DNA of 43,678 bases from NCBI GenBank assembly GCA_041640575.1, contig JBEPZZ010000010.1, positions 7,519 to 51,196 on the forward strand. Reading direction: 5' to 3'. The notes beneath the pieces were generated by a model, which worked only from the letters and a program-made list of their open reading frames with translations, was not told the origin of the DNA and did not search any database. A program made the translations under genes and the position numbers. Origin of the DNA: Pseudothermotoga sp. (GTDB lineage: Bacteria; Thermotogota; Thermotogae; Thermotogales; DSM-5069). Numbering within the stretch: position 1 is the stretch's first letter; every line of letters starts with the position of its first letter. Shown here piece after piece: positions 19,333 through 29,365 of the stretch.

Positions 19333-20639
19333 TTTGCATCCCCCTTTTGCTTTGGAAACACAATTGCAAACTCACTGCCTTCGCCGGGTTTGCTCTTTAC
19401 CTCTATTTTTGCATTTATCAATTTCGAGAGCTTATCCACGATTGAAAGACCTAGACCATATCCATTTTTAGATCTTGACTTGTCCACTTTATAGAATCTT
19501 CTAAAAATCCTCGGTATCTCTGATTCCTCTATTCCTATTCCAAAGTCTCTTACTGAAAGTTTTCCATCTTCACATCTTAAGATAATTTCTTTCCTGTCTT
19601 GAGAGAACTTAACGGCATTTTCAACAAGTCCTTTTACAATTATTTCCACGATTTCTGGATCTGTGTATGCTTTTCCGTGCCCTTCGACAGTTATTGTGAA
19701 ATCCTTGAACTCTTTTTGAAACTCTACTACCAGATTGTCTAGGAATTCTTTCAGATCAACCTCGCGGAATTCTACCTTTGTCACGGGTTTGGATAGTTCT
19801 AGCAGTGATTCTGTTAGCTTCGATAACTTTTCCGCAGTTTGAGAAATTGTCAATGCCGCCTCGACTACGACATCTTTTTTGTTTGGTAAGCCGAGGATCA
19901 GTTCAGCATAACCTTGTATTGTTGCTAACGGTGTCCGCAATTCATGCGACACATCATACAAAAAATCATTTTGTGCTTCGAAACCTGCTTCTAGTCTATC
20001 AAGCATGTTGTTGATAGTCTTAGCAAGAATAGAAACTTCATCGTTTGTTCCTGGGTCGTAGACACGCTTTGATAAGTCACTTGCGCTTATACTCTTAACC
20101 TCTTCTGTTATTCTCCTCATTGGTTCAAGTGTACGGACAACAAAGTATCCTCCAACCAAGAGAGAAGCCGCACTGAAAAATGCCCAAAGAATCCAAAAGG
20201 TACGTGCCAGTAACTTCAGAAAGTCTCCTATTCCACCAGCAGGTACAAGCAAGAAGAAATTTCTCTCACCAGCCAAGGTCGTCAAATTCGCTTTTACAAC
20301 CAAGTATTCACTCTTTCCAAATTTTACATATGAGGGCGTTTTAACCAATAAAACATGGTTCACAAATTTCTGGAAGTTTTCGCCTTCTGCATCAATGGTT
20401 CCGTAGACAATTTCTCCTCTGTCGTTCATGATTACCAATCCGTGAGGCACCGATGCAATTCTGAAAGGGCGTGGAATGAAGCGCAGAGATGATAGAACAT
20501 CTCTCTTCAAGGATTCAGCAGATCGATTTATATGCAAATTTTTTGTGATATTGTAAGCTGCAAGCAACCCCAAGCCAAGCAAAAGTGAAAACAGAACTGT
20601 TTGCCAAAAGATCATTTTCCATTTAAGTGTCGAGAACAT
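19329..20639 (-). CDS. Membrane HAMP sensor histidine kinase
   Basis: Two TM helices, HAMP, H box SHELRTPL, ENAVKF, DFGIGI, FYKVD, GYGLGL. Confidence 0.93.
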   Translation of the reverse strand: MFSTLKWKMIFWQTVLFSLLLGLGLLAAYNITKNLHINRSAESLKRDVLSSLRFIPRPFRIASVPHGLVIMNDRGEIVYGTIDAEGENFQKFVNHVLLVKTPSYVKFGKSEYLVVKANLTTLAGERNFFLLVPAGGIGDFLKLLARTFWILWAFFSAASLLVGGYFVVRTLEPMRRITEEVKSISASDLSKRVYDPGTNDEVSILAKTINNMLDRLEAGFEAQNDFLYDVSHELRTPLATIQGYAELILGLPNKKDVVVEAALTISQTAEKLSKLTESLLELSKPVTKVEFREVDLKEFLDNLVVEFQKEFKDFTITVEGHGKAYTDPEIVEIIVKGLVENAVKFSQDRKEIILRCEDGKLSVRDFGIGIEESEIPRIFRRFYKVDKSRSKNGYGLGLSIVDKLSKLINAKIEVKSKPGEGSEFAIVFPKQKGDAK

Positions 20640-21282
20640 ATCCACTTCCTCTCACAGTTTTTATCATTTCACCATATTCTCCAAGTTTATCCCTGAGATA
20701 TTTCACATACACGTCTACAATGTTTTTGCTTATGTTTTCGCTGTCTCCCCAAATCAACTCCAACAATTCGTCCCTTGATAAGACAGTTCCAGCTCGTACA
20801 GCAAGCCAATAGAATAGAGCCGCTTCTCTCTCCGAAAGGATTACTTGACGTCCATCTGGTAAGGTCAGTGTCCTACTCTTTGGTTCGAAGGCAACGTGCC
20901 CTACTTTGAGAGAATCACCCTTCTTAACACGTTTTTCCAGCGCTTCTACTCTTGCCAGCAATTCGTCCAAATGAAACGGTTTTGGAAGATAATCGTCTGC
21001 ACCCTTTTTGAATCCTCTTATTTTGTTCTCAATCTCTCCTCTTGCTGTGAGTACTATTATGCCCACCTCTTGGTCTACAGAGCGAATTTTTTCAATGAGC
21101 TCAAATCCATCAAATTTGGGTAACATTAAGTCAACTATCACAATTTTGGGATCAAAAAAGATGAACTGTTCCCATCCCTTTTCACCATCGAGGGCAATTT
21201 TGACTTGATATCCATGATTTTGAAATAGAATTTCAAGTAATCGTGCTATCTTCGCGTCATCTTCCACTACTAGAATTTTGAT
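20623..21282 (-). CDS. OmpR/PhoB-family response regulator; probable non-canonical ATC start
   Basis: (I)KILVVEDD, DLMLP, LTA, KPF and a winged helix VDVYVKYLRDKL...TVRGSGY. The track start GTG 21267 truncates beta-1, and an in-frame TGA lies at 21286-21288. Confidence 0.88.
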   Translation of the reverse strand: MKILVVEDDAKIARLLEILFQNHGYQVKIALDGEKGWEQFIFFDPKIVIVDLMLPKFDGFELIEKIRSVDQEVGIIVLTARGEIENKIRGFKKGADDYLPKPFHLDELLARVEALEKRVKKGDSLKVGHVAFEPKSRTLTLPDGRQVILSEREAALFYWLAVRAGTVLSRDELLELIWGDSENISKNIVDVYVKYLRDKLGEYGEMIKTVRGSGYVLDT

Positions 21283-21808
21283 ATTTCATCATCTCCTGAT
21301 AAACCTTCATTATTTTGTTAGCGTATTCAGATTTTGCTGACCCTCCGTTGTACAGTTCAAGAGCTTTGAAAAGGTTCCCGTTTGTTCTATCCAAAAGATA
21401 TTTCAAGTACAAAGCACCATATTCTATATTTAAATTATAGTCCCATAAGAGTGATTCCCATCCGTAAGAAGGTTCTTTAAGACCAAATTTTTGCGCCAGA
21501 AAAGCTGCTGTTTCAGGCTTTATTTGAACTAACCCAAGTTCACCAGCAGAACCGACCACAAACCTGAATTCACTTTCAACCATTATAAGGCTAATTAATA
21601 GCAATGGATCAAGGTCATACTTCTTTGAAATTTCCAAGATGGTTTTGTGCAAATCTTCTACGAATCCGTGATCAGTTAGTAAACCAAACTTCTTCCTAGA
21701 ATTTTCAATCAGAATTTTGAACCATTCCGGGATGTTTTGACCAAGGACAACTAGTTGACTAAGAATTACAATGAGCAGTAAAATCACTAAAATTTTTCGG
21801 ACACTCAA
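21257..21808 (-). CDS. Lytic transglycosylase (SLT domain), N-terminal signal/anchor
   Basis: VESEF, GELGLVQI, NIEYGALYL, YNGG. TTG 21808 follows SD GGAGGTG. Confidence 0.9.
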   Translation of the reverse strand: MSVRKILVILLLIVILSQLVVLGQNIPEWFKILIENSRKKFGLLTDHGFVEDLHKTILEISKKYDLDPLLLISLIMVESEFRFVVGSAGELGLVQIKPETAAFLAQKFGLKEPSYGWESLLWDYNLNIEYGALYLKYLLDRTNGNLFKALELYNGGSAKSEYANKIMKVYQEMMKYQNSSSGR

Positions 21809-21810
21809 CT

Positions 21811-21840
21811 CTGACACCTCCTAATCTATTTTGATATAAT
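21811..21840 (+). promoter_or_regulatory. Promoter of the dnaX operon
   Basis: CTGACA (21811-21816)-18 nt-TATAAT (21835-21840) with an extended -10 TG. Confidence 0.7.
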
Positions 21841-21860
21841 GTGAATTAGGTGAATTGCCC

Positions 21861-23288
21861 TTGGAAACACTTTATAGAAAGTACAGGCCAAAGTGTTTCA
21901 ACCAAATAATAGACCAAGAACAGGCAAGATTGGTTCTTCAGAATGCTATTATGAAGAACAAGGTGTCACATGCTTACATTTTTGCCGGCCCAAGAGGCAC
22001 TGGAAAGACTTCTATTGCAAGAATTCTCGCCAAGGCATTGAATTGTCCAAACCGAGTGGGGTATGAACCATGCTGTAAGTGCGAAATCTGCATATCGATT
22101 GATAAAGGGATACATCCCGATGTCATTGAACTCGATGCAGCTTCGAACCGTGGAATTGACGAGATTAGAAGAATTCGGGATGCTGTAGGATTCAGACCCA
22201 TGCTTGGAAATCACAAGATCTACATCATTGATGAATTTCACATGTTAACAAGGGAGGCATTTAACGCTTTATTAAAAACTCTTGAGGAACCACCGGAAAA
22301 AGTCGTTTTTGTCCTTGCAACAACAAATTTGGAAAGGGTACCGCAAACGATTATTTCGAGATGTCAAGTAATACAATTCAAGAATTTAGTCGAACGAGAT
22401 ATGATTGAACATATGAAAAATGTGGCTCAAAGTGAAGGTATAAAGATTGACGAAGAAGCGATTTCGATCATTGCCAGCAGAGCTTCGGGTAGTCTTAGAG
22501 ATGCATTGTCAATGTTAGAGCAGATTTCCAGTTATGCTCGAGATGAAAAAATTGATATTTCAATTGTGGAAAGAGCTCTTGGATTAGTTCCAGAAGACAG
22601 TGTAAAAAGTTACATTGAATCGATTTTACGAGGCGAATCTACCAGGTTGGTCAAGTTGATCGATGAAATCTTCGAACATGGTTATGACGTTGATCAATTT
22701 GTACAACTTTCATTGGAATATTTGGAAAAAAGAATCTCAAAGCAACCAACGAAGGAAATGATCGAGTTGGCTAGAAAGATCTTTGAAATCTCAAAGGATT
22801 TAAGGTATGCCGAAAACAAAAGATTGATTATGAAATTGTTATCTCTTAACTTAGCCAACCAGTATACAGTAGTCAATTTGAATCCAAGTGATCAAGATGA
22901 TAAGGCCCAGATACAGGAAGAAAAATCAGCATCAACGATTTCAACTTTTTCAAAGATTGATAGCGAATCGAATGAACAGGAGAAAATCGATAATCGCATC
23001 GAGCTTGCCTTGGACTACTTGAAAAACACTGGGGATGTGGCACTTTTTGTGGCTCTTTCCCAAGCCGTACTTGGGCTAAAGGAAAACGAGGTGGAGATAT
23101 CATTCCTTCCAACGCAAAGGTTTCAATTCGAGTATGTGAAACAAAAGGTTTTTGAATTAGAATTTCTTTTTAAGTCAATCTTGAAAAGAGATATTGTGGT
23201 GAAAGTATTCGTTGATGAAGCAAGGGAGAAAGAAATTCTGAAAAAACTTCAGGAAATTTTCCCAGGAAAAGTCAAAATCGAGGAGTGA
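21861..23288 (+). CDS. dnaX: DNA polymerase III subunit gamma/tau
   Basis: LYRKYRP, GPRGTGKT, Zn-binding Cys cluster, IIDEFH, LKTLEEPP, SRC. TTG 21861 is 7 nt after AGGTGA. Confidence 0.97.
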   Translation: METLYRKYRPKCFNQIIDQEQARLVLQNAIMKNKVSHAYIFAGPRGTGKTSIARILAKALNCPNRVGYEPCCKCEICISIDKGIHPDVIELDAASNRGIDEIRRIRDAVGFRPMLGNHKIYIIDEFHMLTREAFNALLKTLEEPPEKVVFVLATTNLERVPQTIISRCQVIQFKNLVERDMIEHMKNVAQSEGIKIDEEAISIIASRASGSLRDALSMLEQISSYARDEKIDISIVERALGLVPEDSVKSYIESILRGESTRLVKLIDEIFEHGYDVDQFVQLSLEYLEKRISKQPTKEMIELARKIFEISKDLRYAENKRLIMKLLSLNLANQYTVVNLNPSDQDDKAQIQEEKSASTISTFSKIDSESNEQEKIDNRIELALDYLKNTGDVALFVALSQAVLGLKENEVEISFLPTQRFQFEYVKQKVFELEFLFKSILKRDIVVKVFVDEAREKEILKKLQEIFPGKVKIEE

Positions 23289-23293
23289 TAAAT

Positions 23294-24724
<1,431 letters not shown>

Positions 24725-24726
<2 letters not shown>

Positions 24727-24763
24727 GGGAGGCTTTCCTCCCTCTTTCTCATCAAAGGGGGAG
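24725..24763 (+). promoter_or_regulatory. gap-pgk intercistronic hairpin (weak terminator-like) with alternative anti-SD pairing
   Basis: GAGGGAGG-cttt-CCTCCCTC followed by TTTCTC. Bases 24738-24747 can alternatively pair with the pgk SD at 24754-24763. Confidence 0.65.
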
Positions 24764-24768
24764 TAAGA

Positions 24769-25962
24769 ATGAAAAAAATGACTATTAGAGATGTGGATCT
24801 TACGGGCAAAACAGTTATTATGAGGGTTGACTTTAATGTCCCTGTAGAGAAAGATGGTAAGATTTCTGATGACACACGTATAAAAGCTGCATTGCCAACA
24901 ATTGAGCATGCTGTTAGTAAAGGGGCAAAGGTTATTCTTCTCTCGCATCTTGGTAGACCAAAAGGCGGACCTGATCCTAAGTATTCAATGAAACCAGTTG
25001 CTGACCATTTGAGAAATATTTCTAATCTTAACGTTGTTTTTGTTCCACATCTTTTTGGTGATGAGGTTAAAGTGGCTGTCAAGAATATGAAACCCGGAGA
25101 TGTGCTGGTCCTTGAAAATACGAGATTTCATGCTGGTGAGGAAAAAAACGACCTTGAACTCGCACGGGCTTGGGCTGATCTTGCTGACATTCATGTCAAC
25201 GATGCTTTCGGAACAGCTCACAGAGCACATGCTTCCAATGTTGGCATAGCGTCTTTTATTCCAAGTGTCGCTGGCTTTCTCATGGAAAAAGAAATAGAAT
25301 TTCTCAGCAAAGTAACATATGAGCCAGAGCACCCATATGCTGTTGTTCTTGGGGGCGCAAAAGTTTCTGATAAGATCGGCGTTATAACGAATCTTTTGAA
25401 CAAAGCTGATAAGCTTCTGATCGGCGGCGCAATGATGTTTACATTCTTGAAGGCCCAAGGTTATTCCGTAGGCTCATCCCTCGTCGAAGAAGACAAACTT
25501 GACCTTGCTAAAGAAATAATGAATACGGCAAAGCAAAAGAATGTTGAGCTTGTTTTACCGATTGACGCGGTAATAGCTCAAAAAATCGAAGCGGGTGTAG
25601 AAAAAAGAATCGTTCGCATTTCTGATGGCATTCCTGAAGGTTGGATGGGACTTGACATAGGGCCTGAAACAGTCAAGTTGTTTGAGAAATCCTTACAAGA
25701 TGCCAAAACGGTGGTTTGGAACGGACCTGTTGGCGTATTTGAGATTGATGATTTTGCTGATGGAACGAGAAAAGTTGCAGAGATTATAGCAAAAGTTAAA
25801 GGGACCACAGTCATAGGTGGTGGCGACACCGCTGCAGCTGTAGCAAAATTTGGTCTAGAATCTGCTTATACCCATGTTTCAACTGGTGGCGGTGCTTCTC
25901 TGGAATTTCTTGAAGGAAAGGAACTTCCAGGAATCAAGAGCATAGCTGACAAAAAAAAATAG
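24769..25962 (+). CDS. pgk: Phosphoglycerate kinase (also the N-terminal half of the PGK-TIM fusion)
   Basis: [46 protein letters not shown]. Confidence 0.98.
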   Translation: MKKMTIRDVDLTGKTVIMRVDFNVPVEKDGKISDDTRIKAALPTIEHAVSKGAKVILLSHLGRPKGGPDPKYSMKPVADHLRNISNLNVVFVPHLFGDEVKVAVKNMKPGDVLVLENTRFHAGEEKNDLELARAWADLADIHVNDAFGTAHRAHASNVGIASFIPSVAGFLMEKEIEFLSKVTYEPEHPYAVVLGGAKVSDKIGVITNLLNKADKLLIGGAMMFTFLKAQGYSVGSSLVEEDKLDLAKEIMNTAKQKNVELVLPIDAVIAQKIEAGVEKRIVRISDGIPEGWMGLDIGPETVKLFEKSLQDAKTVVWNGPVGVFEIDDFADGTRKVAEIIAKVKGTTVIGGGDTAAAVAKFGLESAYTHVSTGGGASLEFLEGKELPGIKSIADKKK

Positions 25963-26720
25963 ATCAAATCATACTAGCAGGAAATTGGAAAATGAATAAG
26001 ACCAACCAACAAGCCAAGTTTTTTGTGAATGATTTGGTTCAAAATCTGGCGGGCATGAAGTTTGAGATTGTTCTTTGCCCGCCTTTTACGTGTTTGAGTG
26101 AGGTTAAAGAACTCCTAATTAACACACGTCTAAAACTTGGCGCGCAGAATTGTTATTATGAACAGGCTGGAGCATTCACGGGGGAAATTTCTCCGGAAAT
26201 GCTAAAAGAAATAGGCGTTGAATACGTGATCGTTGGTCACTCAGAGAGACGACATATCTTTCATGAAACTGATGAGATAGTCAACAAAAAAGTAAAAGCC
26301 GTACTAAAAAATGGCATGAAACCAATCTTATGCGTGGGTGAGACCAGAGAGGAGAGGGAAAAAGGTCTAACCTTTTGTGTGGTTGAATCTCAGCTTAGAC
26401 AGGGTTTGGCTGGTGTTGACAAAAACGACGTACGAAACGTTGTTATAGCCTACGAACCAGTTTGGGCAATTGGAACTGGGATAGTTGCGAAACCTTGGCA
26501 AGCCCAAGAGGTACAAGCGTTCATACGAGATATTCTAACGAAACTTTATGGTAAGGAAGTAGCAAAAGCCATACCAATTCTTTATGGTGGGAGTATAAAG
26601 CCGGAAAACTTCTTCAGCCTTATTATCCAAGAAGACATAGATGGTGGTTTGGTAGGAGGAGCAAGTTTAGATCATCAATTTGTAGAACTTGCTAAAATTG
26701 TTTCGAAAGTTGTTCTGTAA
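25950..26720 (+). CDS. tpiA: Triosephosphate isomerase domain, expressed as a -1 frameshift fusion to PGK
   Basis: The -1 frame reads ...[42 protein letters not shown]. There is no canonical start upstream of the catalytic NWK; an A9 run lies at 25951-25959. Confidence 0.95.
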   Translation, partial: QKKIDQIILAGNWKMNKTNQQAKFFVNDLVQNLAGMKFEIVLCPPFTCLSEVKELLINTRLKLGAQNCYYEQAGAFTGEISPEMLKEIGVEYVIVGHSERRHIFHETDEIVNKKVKAVLKNGMKPILCVGETREEREKGLTFCVVESQLRQGLAGVDKNDVRNVVIAYEPVWAIGTGIVAKPWQAQEVQAFIRDILTKLYGKEVAKAIPILYGGSIKPENFFSLIIQEDIDGGLVGGASLDHQFVELAKIVSKVVL

Positions 26721-26721
26721 G

Positions 26722-26757
26722 AAAAAGTTCCCCCTCTGTTTTGAGGGGGATTTTTTT
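26722..26757. terminator. Bidirectional intrinsic terminator between tpi and comB
   Basis: AAAAA-gt-TCCCCCTC-tgtttt-GAGGGGGA-TTTTTTT between convergent genes. Confidence 0.9.
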
Positions 26758-27430
26758 ACAAAACAAATCTATCTTCGCGAAATATTGGTAATACGTTGAA
26801 TAGATCGATGCGCGAACAATATGCCACATCTTCTCCAAAACCAAGTTCTGCTAATTCTCTACCGTGACTTGTGCTTAACAAGACCGATTCGAGGTCCATG
26901 TGCATCGAGTTTTCCCATAGCTTAACCGCTATTCTAGCACTATCAGCAATGTCATTTCTACTCAATTTGTAAATTATTGCTCCAGCACAAAGAACATCTT
27001 CAAGAGCTGCAAAATTATTTTGTCCAGAGCAGACAATCAATATTTCATCGCAAGTTATCAGCTTTTCAACAACGGCACTCAAATTCAAGAATGATCCTGC
27101 CAGAATTGTTGGAGCGTTGATCAATCTAATCGCTCTTGTTCCATTTGTTGTTGTAAGAACAATGTTCTTCCCAGCTACTATGTCTTTCTTAAATTCCAGA
27201 GGAGAATTACCAAGATCGAAACCCTTCGGTTTTATACTTTTCCTTTCACCGCATAATAATATGTTCTTTTCTCTTTCTCTGCGTGCCTCACAAAGATGAT
27301 GCACTGGCTTTACTGACAAAGCACCGTTTGCTAAGGCAGTTACTATAGTGCTTGTCGCACGTAATACATCAACAACCACTGTGGTTGCTTGAGAAGTAAT
27401 TCGTGTTGGAGCAAAAACAACATTTATCAA
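26756..27430 (-). CDS. comB: 2-phosphosulfolactate phosphatase family protein
   Basis: VVDVLRATST, GER, GNSP, TTTNGT, EDVLCAG. Confidence 0.92.
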   Translation of the reverse strand: MINVVFAPTRITSQATTVVVDVLRATSTIVTALANGALSVKPVHHLCEARREREKNILLCGERKSIKPKGFDLGNSPLEFKKDIVAGKNIVLTTTNGTRAIRLINAPTILAGSFLNLSAVVEKLITCDEILIVCSGQNNFAALEDVLCAGAIIYKLSRNDIADSARIAVKLWENSMHMDLESVLLSTSHGRELAELGFGEDVAYCSRIDLFNVLPIFREDRFVL

Positions 27431-27431
27431 A

Positions 27432-27671
27432 TTATCTTACTCCCAGAATTCTGTCGATTTTCTCTTTATCAAAACCTATCACAATCTGATTACCTATCTC
27501 AATTACAGGAACTCCCATCTGACCAGTTTTCCTTACAAGCTCCTCTGCCTTTCTCAAATTTTTTGAAACGTCAATTTCAGTGAAATTCACACCAAGTTGT
27601 CTAAAATAGTTTTTTGCTTTCGCACAGTACGGACAACTTGGCGTAGTGTAAACAGTTATTCTTAACGCCAT
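27432..27671 (-). CDS. Glutaredoxin-like protein (YruB/NrdH-type)
   Basis: YTTPSCPYC, GQMGVPVI, IVIGFD. ATG 27671 follows GGAGGTGA. Confidence 0.93.
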   Translation of the reverse strand: MALRITVYTTPSCPYCAKAKNYFRQLGVNFTEIDVSKNLRKAEELVRKTGQMGVPVIEIGNQIVIGFDKEKIDRILGVR

Positions 27672-27681
27672 CTTGGTCACC

Positions 27682-27720
27682 TCCGACAGAAAGTATACCA
27701 TTTCTGTCGGAATTTCTCAA
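27682..27720 (-). promoter_or_regulatory. Internal promoter of the glutaredoxin gene with an 11-bp inverted repeat
   Basis: TTGAGA-17 nt-TATACT (TG-extended); TCCGACAGAAA-N8-TTTCTGTCGGA encloses the -10 box. Confidence 0.75.
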
Positions 27721-27724
27721 TATC

Positions 27725-28405
27725 CTACCTTTTTATATCCTGTTTGATTGTCTCGATGCTTTTCAAATCTAAGTATATTCTTTCGTACTGTCTGCCATCG
27801 ACGGTTATCCGAATCGGTTTGTCAATGGTTGCAACCAAATTATATGGTCTTAAAGCATTTCTCTGAAACTCATAGACAAACTTAGCCAGGGCTGCTTTTG
27901 TGAAATTTGACTCAGGTCTTAGTACACTTAATCTCCTGCCCAAGAGTACATTGTCAAAGATATTGGATTTTTTCTGTGCCAAGTTCCCAAGAAAGACTCC
28001 AAAATCGGTGTGACCATTTCTTACAAACAAATTCATGAAATCTTTCATCTGTTTATCCGTAAGCGACGCATAGAATCTCTGGTTTGTGGATATATCTAGC
28101 ATCTTCTCAACAAAACTGAATACATCAAGTGGGTTCGACAAATCCACTGCTCTGTTGTTTACTGGATCAAAGGAGTGCTGCTTTAGACTGATTATGTAAA
28201 TCATCCTTTTGGAGGTATCTATTCTTATGAAATAACCAACTTCCTTTTCTTTGTTGACGAAGACATAATGAAGAATTTGTGATGCAAACTCCGGTGAGCG
28301 CCTTATAGCTGTATCTGTTAGCAAAAGCCAAATTGCAATGCCACCAAGCGCCAAAAAAACAGCCAAAATGGTCCAGAACAATCCGGTTCTTCTTTTTCGT
28401 CTCAC
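27725..28405 (-). CDS. Membrane-anchored hypothetical protein, degenerate LCP (LytR-CpsA-Psr)-like
   Basis: Basic N-terminus plus one TM helix; FIRIDTSKRMIYIISL and VEKMLDI...FYASL resemble LCP core elements; lies downstream of yqeK. Confidence 0.6.
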   Translation of the reverse strand: MRRKRRTGLFWTILAVFLALGGIAIWLLLTDTAIRRSPEFASQILHYVFVNKEKEVGYFIRIDTSKRMIYIISLKQHSFDPVNNRAVDLSNPLDVFSFVEKMLDISTNQRFYASLTDKQMKDFMNLFVRNGHTDFGVFLGNLAQKKSNIFDNVLLGRRLSVLRPESNFTKAALAKFVYEFQRNALRPYNLVATIDKPIRITVDGRQYERIYLDLKSIETIKQDIKR

Positions 28406-29052
28406 CTTGCCTCACCTCTTTTATCATTTTGAAGCATATCTGGTTCAAAGCAACCAAGCTTTTCTTTTTTGACCAATTCGTTCCACGTTTCGATCGTATC
28501 AGGTAAAAGTATGTAACCACGCTTAATTGCATAGCAAATTTTGTTTTGAAGGACTTGCAACAAAGCTTCTTCTATATCCTGTAGCGCGAGCTGTCTGAGT
28601 TTTTCAACATTTTCATAGTTTCGGCCCTCTTCAAGTGAATCAGCTAAAAAAAGTATCTTGCCAGTGATATCAAAACATTTGTGCCCACTTGTATGGTAAG
28701 CGATGGCAAGTAAGAGTTTTTCATCTTCAATTCCAAAACGTCTTCTAATATATTCTGCCGAAACTTTACCGTGAAGCAGGAAAGGTTTAGCCAGCTCATA
28801 GTCATTTATGTTGATACCATATGAAAGAGCAATTCTTAAGAGAATCTTCGCGTTAAAATCTCGAAACAAGTCATGTGCCCAACACGCTATTTGAACCTTC
28901 TCGCTGTTTGCATTGTGCCTCTTTGCAAGTCTTAAGCCAAAATTTACACATGAGACGGTGTGTTCATATCTTTGTGGTGTCATGAATTTAATTGCTAAAT
29001 AACTCAGCTTTTGAATTACATTCGTGGCTTTATCACCAACTTTCTCTATCAA
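28402..29052 (-). CDS. yqeK: YqeK-family HD hydrolase (symmetrical Ap4A hydrolase)
   Basis: RYEHT, AHDL, LLHG, AIAYHTSG, FLADSLEEGR. Confidence 0.88.
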   Translation of the reverse strand: MIEKVGDKATNVIQKLSYLAIKFMTPQRYEHTVSCVNFGLRLAKRHNANSEKVQIACWAHDLFRDFNAKILLRIALSYGININDYELAKPFLLHGKVSAEYIRRRFGIEDEKLLLAIAYHTSGHKCFDITGKILFLADSLEEGRNYENVEKLRQLALQDIEEALLQVLQNKICYAIKRGYILLPDTIETWNELVKKEKLGCFEPDMLQNDKRGEAR

Positions 29053-29314
29053 TCTCTTCCACCTCTATTCCAACTGTATTTTCGATTAATGATGTAATGT
29101 TTTCAACCGTACTTTCAATAATTTCGTGCGATGATGATACAACTGCTACTCCAATTTCCGCCCAGTTCGTTGAATCACAAAATCCCACTTCTGAAATCGA
29201 AATGTTAAACTTTGTTCTTAGTTCGTTCAGCAATCGCTTTATGAGAGTTCTTTTCTCTTTCAAGCTCTTGATTCCGAATAGTCGAATCTTGTAGCTGACT
29301 ATACCTACGTGCAT
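29033..29314 (-). CDS. DUF503 (YlxP-like) protein
   Basis: MHVG...SLKEKR...KFNISISEV...IGVAVVS. Confidence 0.9.
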   Translation of the reverse strand: MHVGIVSYKIRLFGIKSLKEKRTLIKRLLNELRTKFNISISEVGFCDSTNWAEIGVAVVSSSHEIIESTVENITSLIENTVGIEVEEIDRESW

Positions 29315-29336
29315 ATTCTCCATCCTTTTAAGGATA

Positions 29337-29357
29337 TGACGGGGCGATCCCCCGTCA
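29337..29357 (-). terminator. GC-rich hairpin after the EF-G paralog (no clear U tract)
   Basis: TGACGGGG-N5-CCCCGTCA, 8 nt after the stop codon. Confidence 0.5.
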
Positions 29358-29365
29358 CATATTGA

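Noticed and set aside
22724..22732. AAAAAAG in dnaX as an E. coli-type gamma/tau frameshift site
   Set aside because: The codon phase is GAA AAA AGA rather than A AAA AAG, and it falls near residue 290, before domain III is complete.
25992..26720. Independent tpiA starting at ATG 25992, or a tpiA pseudogene
   Set aside because: That start would drop beta-1 and the catalytic NWK motif. All other TIM motifs are intact, and the frameshift fusion explains the layout.
29015..29052. Possible ACG start for yqeK after GGTGAT
   Set aside because: A canonical TTG at 29052 has a good SD (GAGGTG, 7 nt upstream), so a non-canonical start is not needed.
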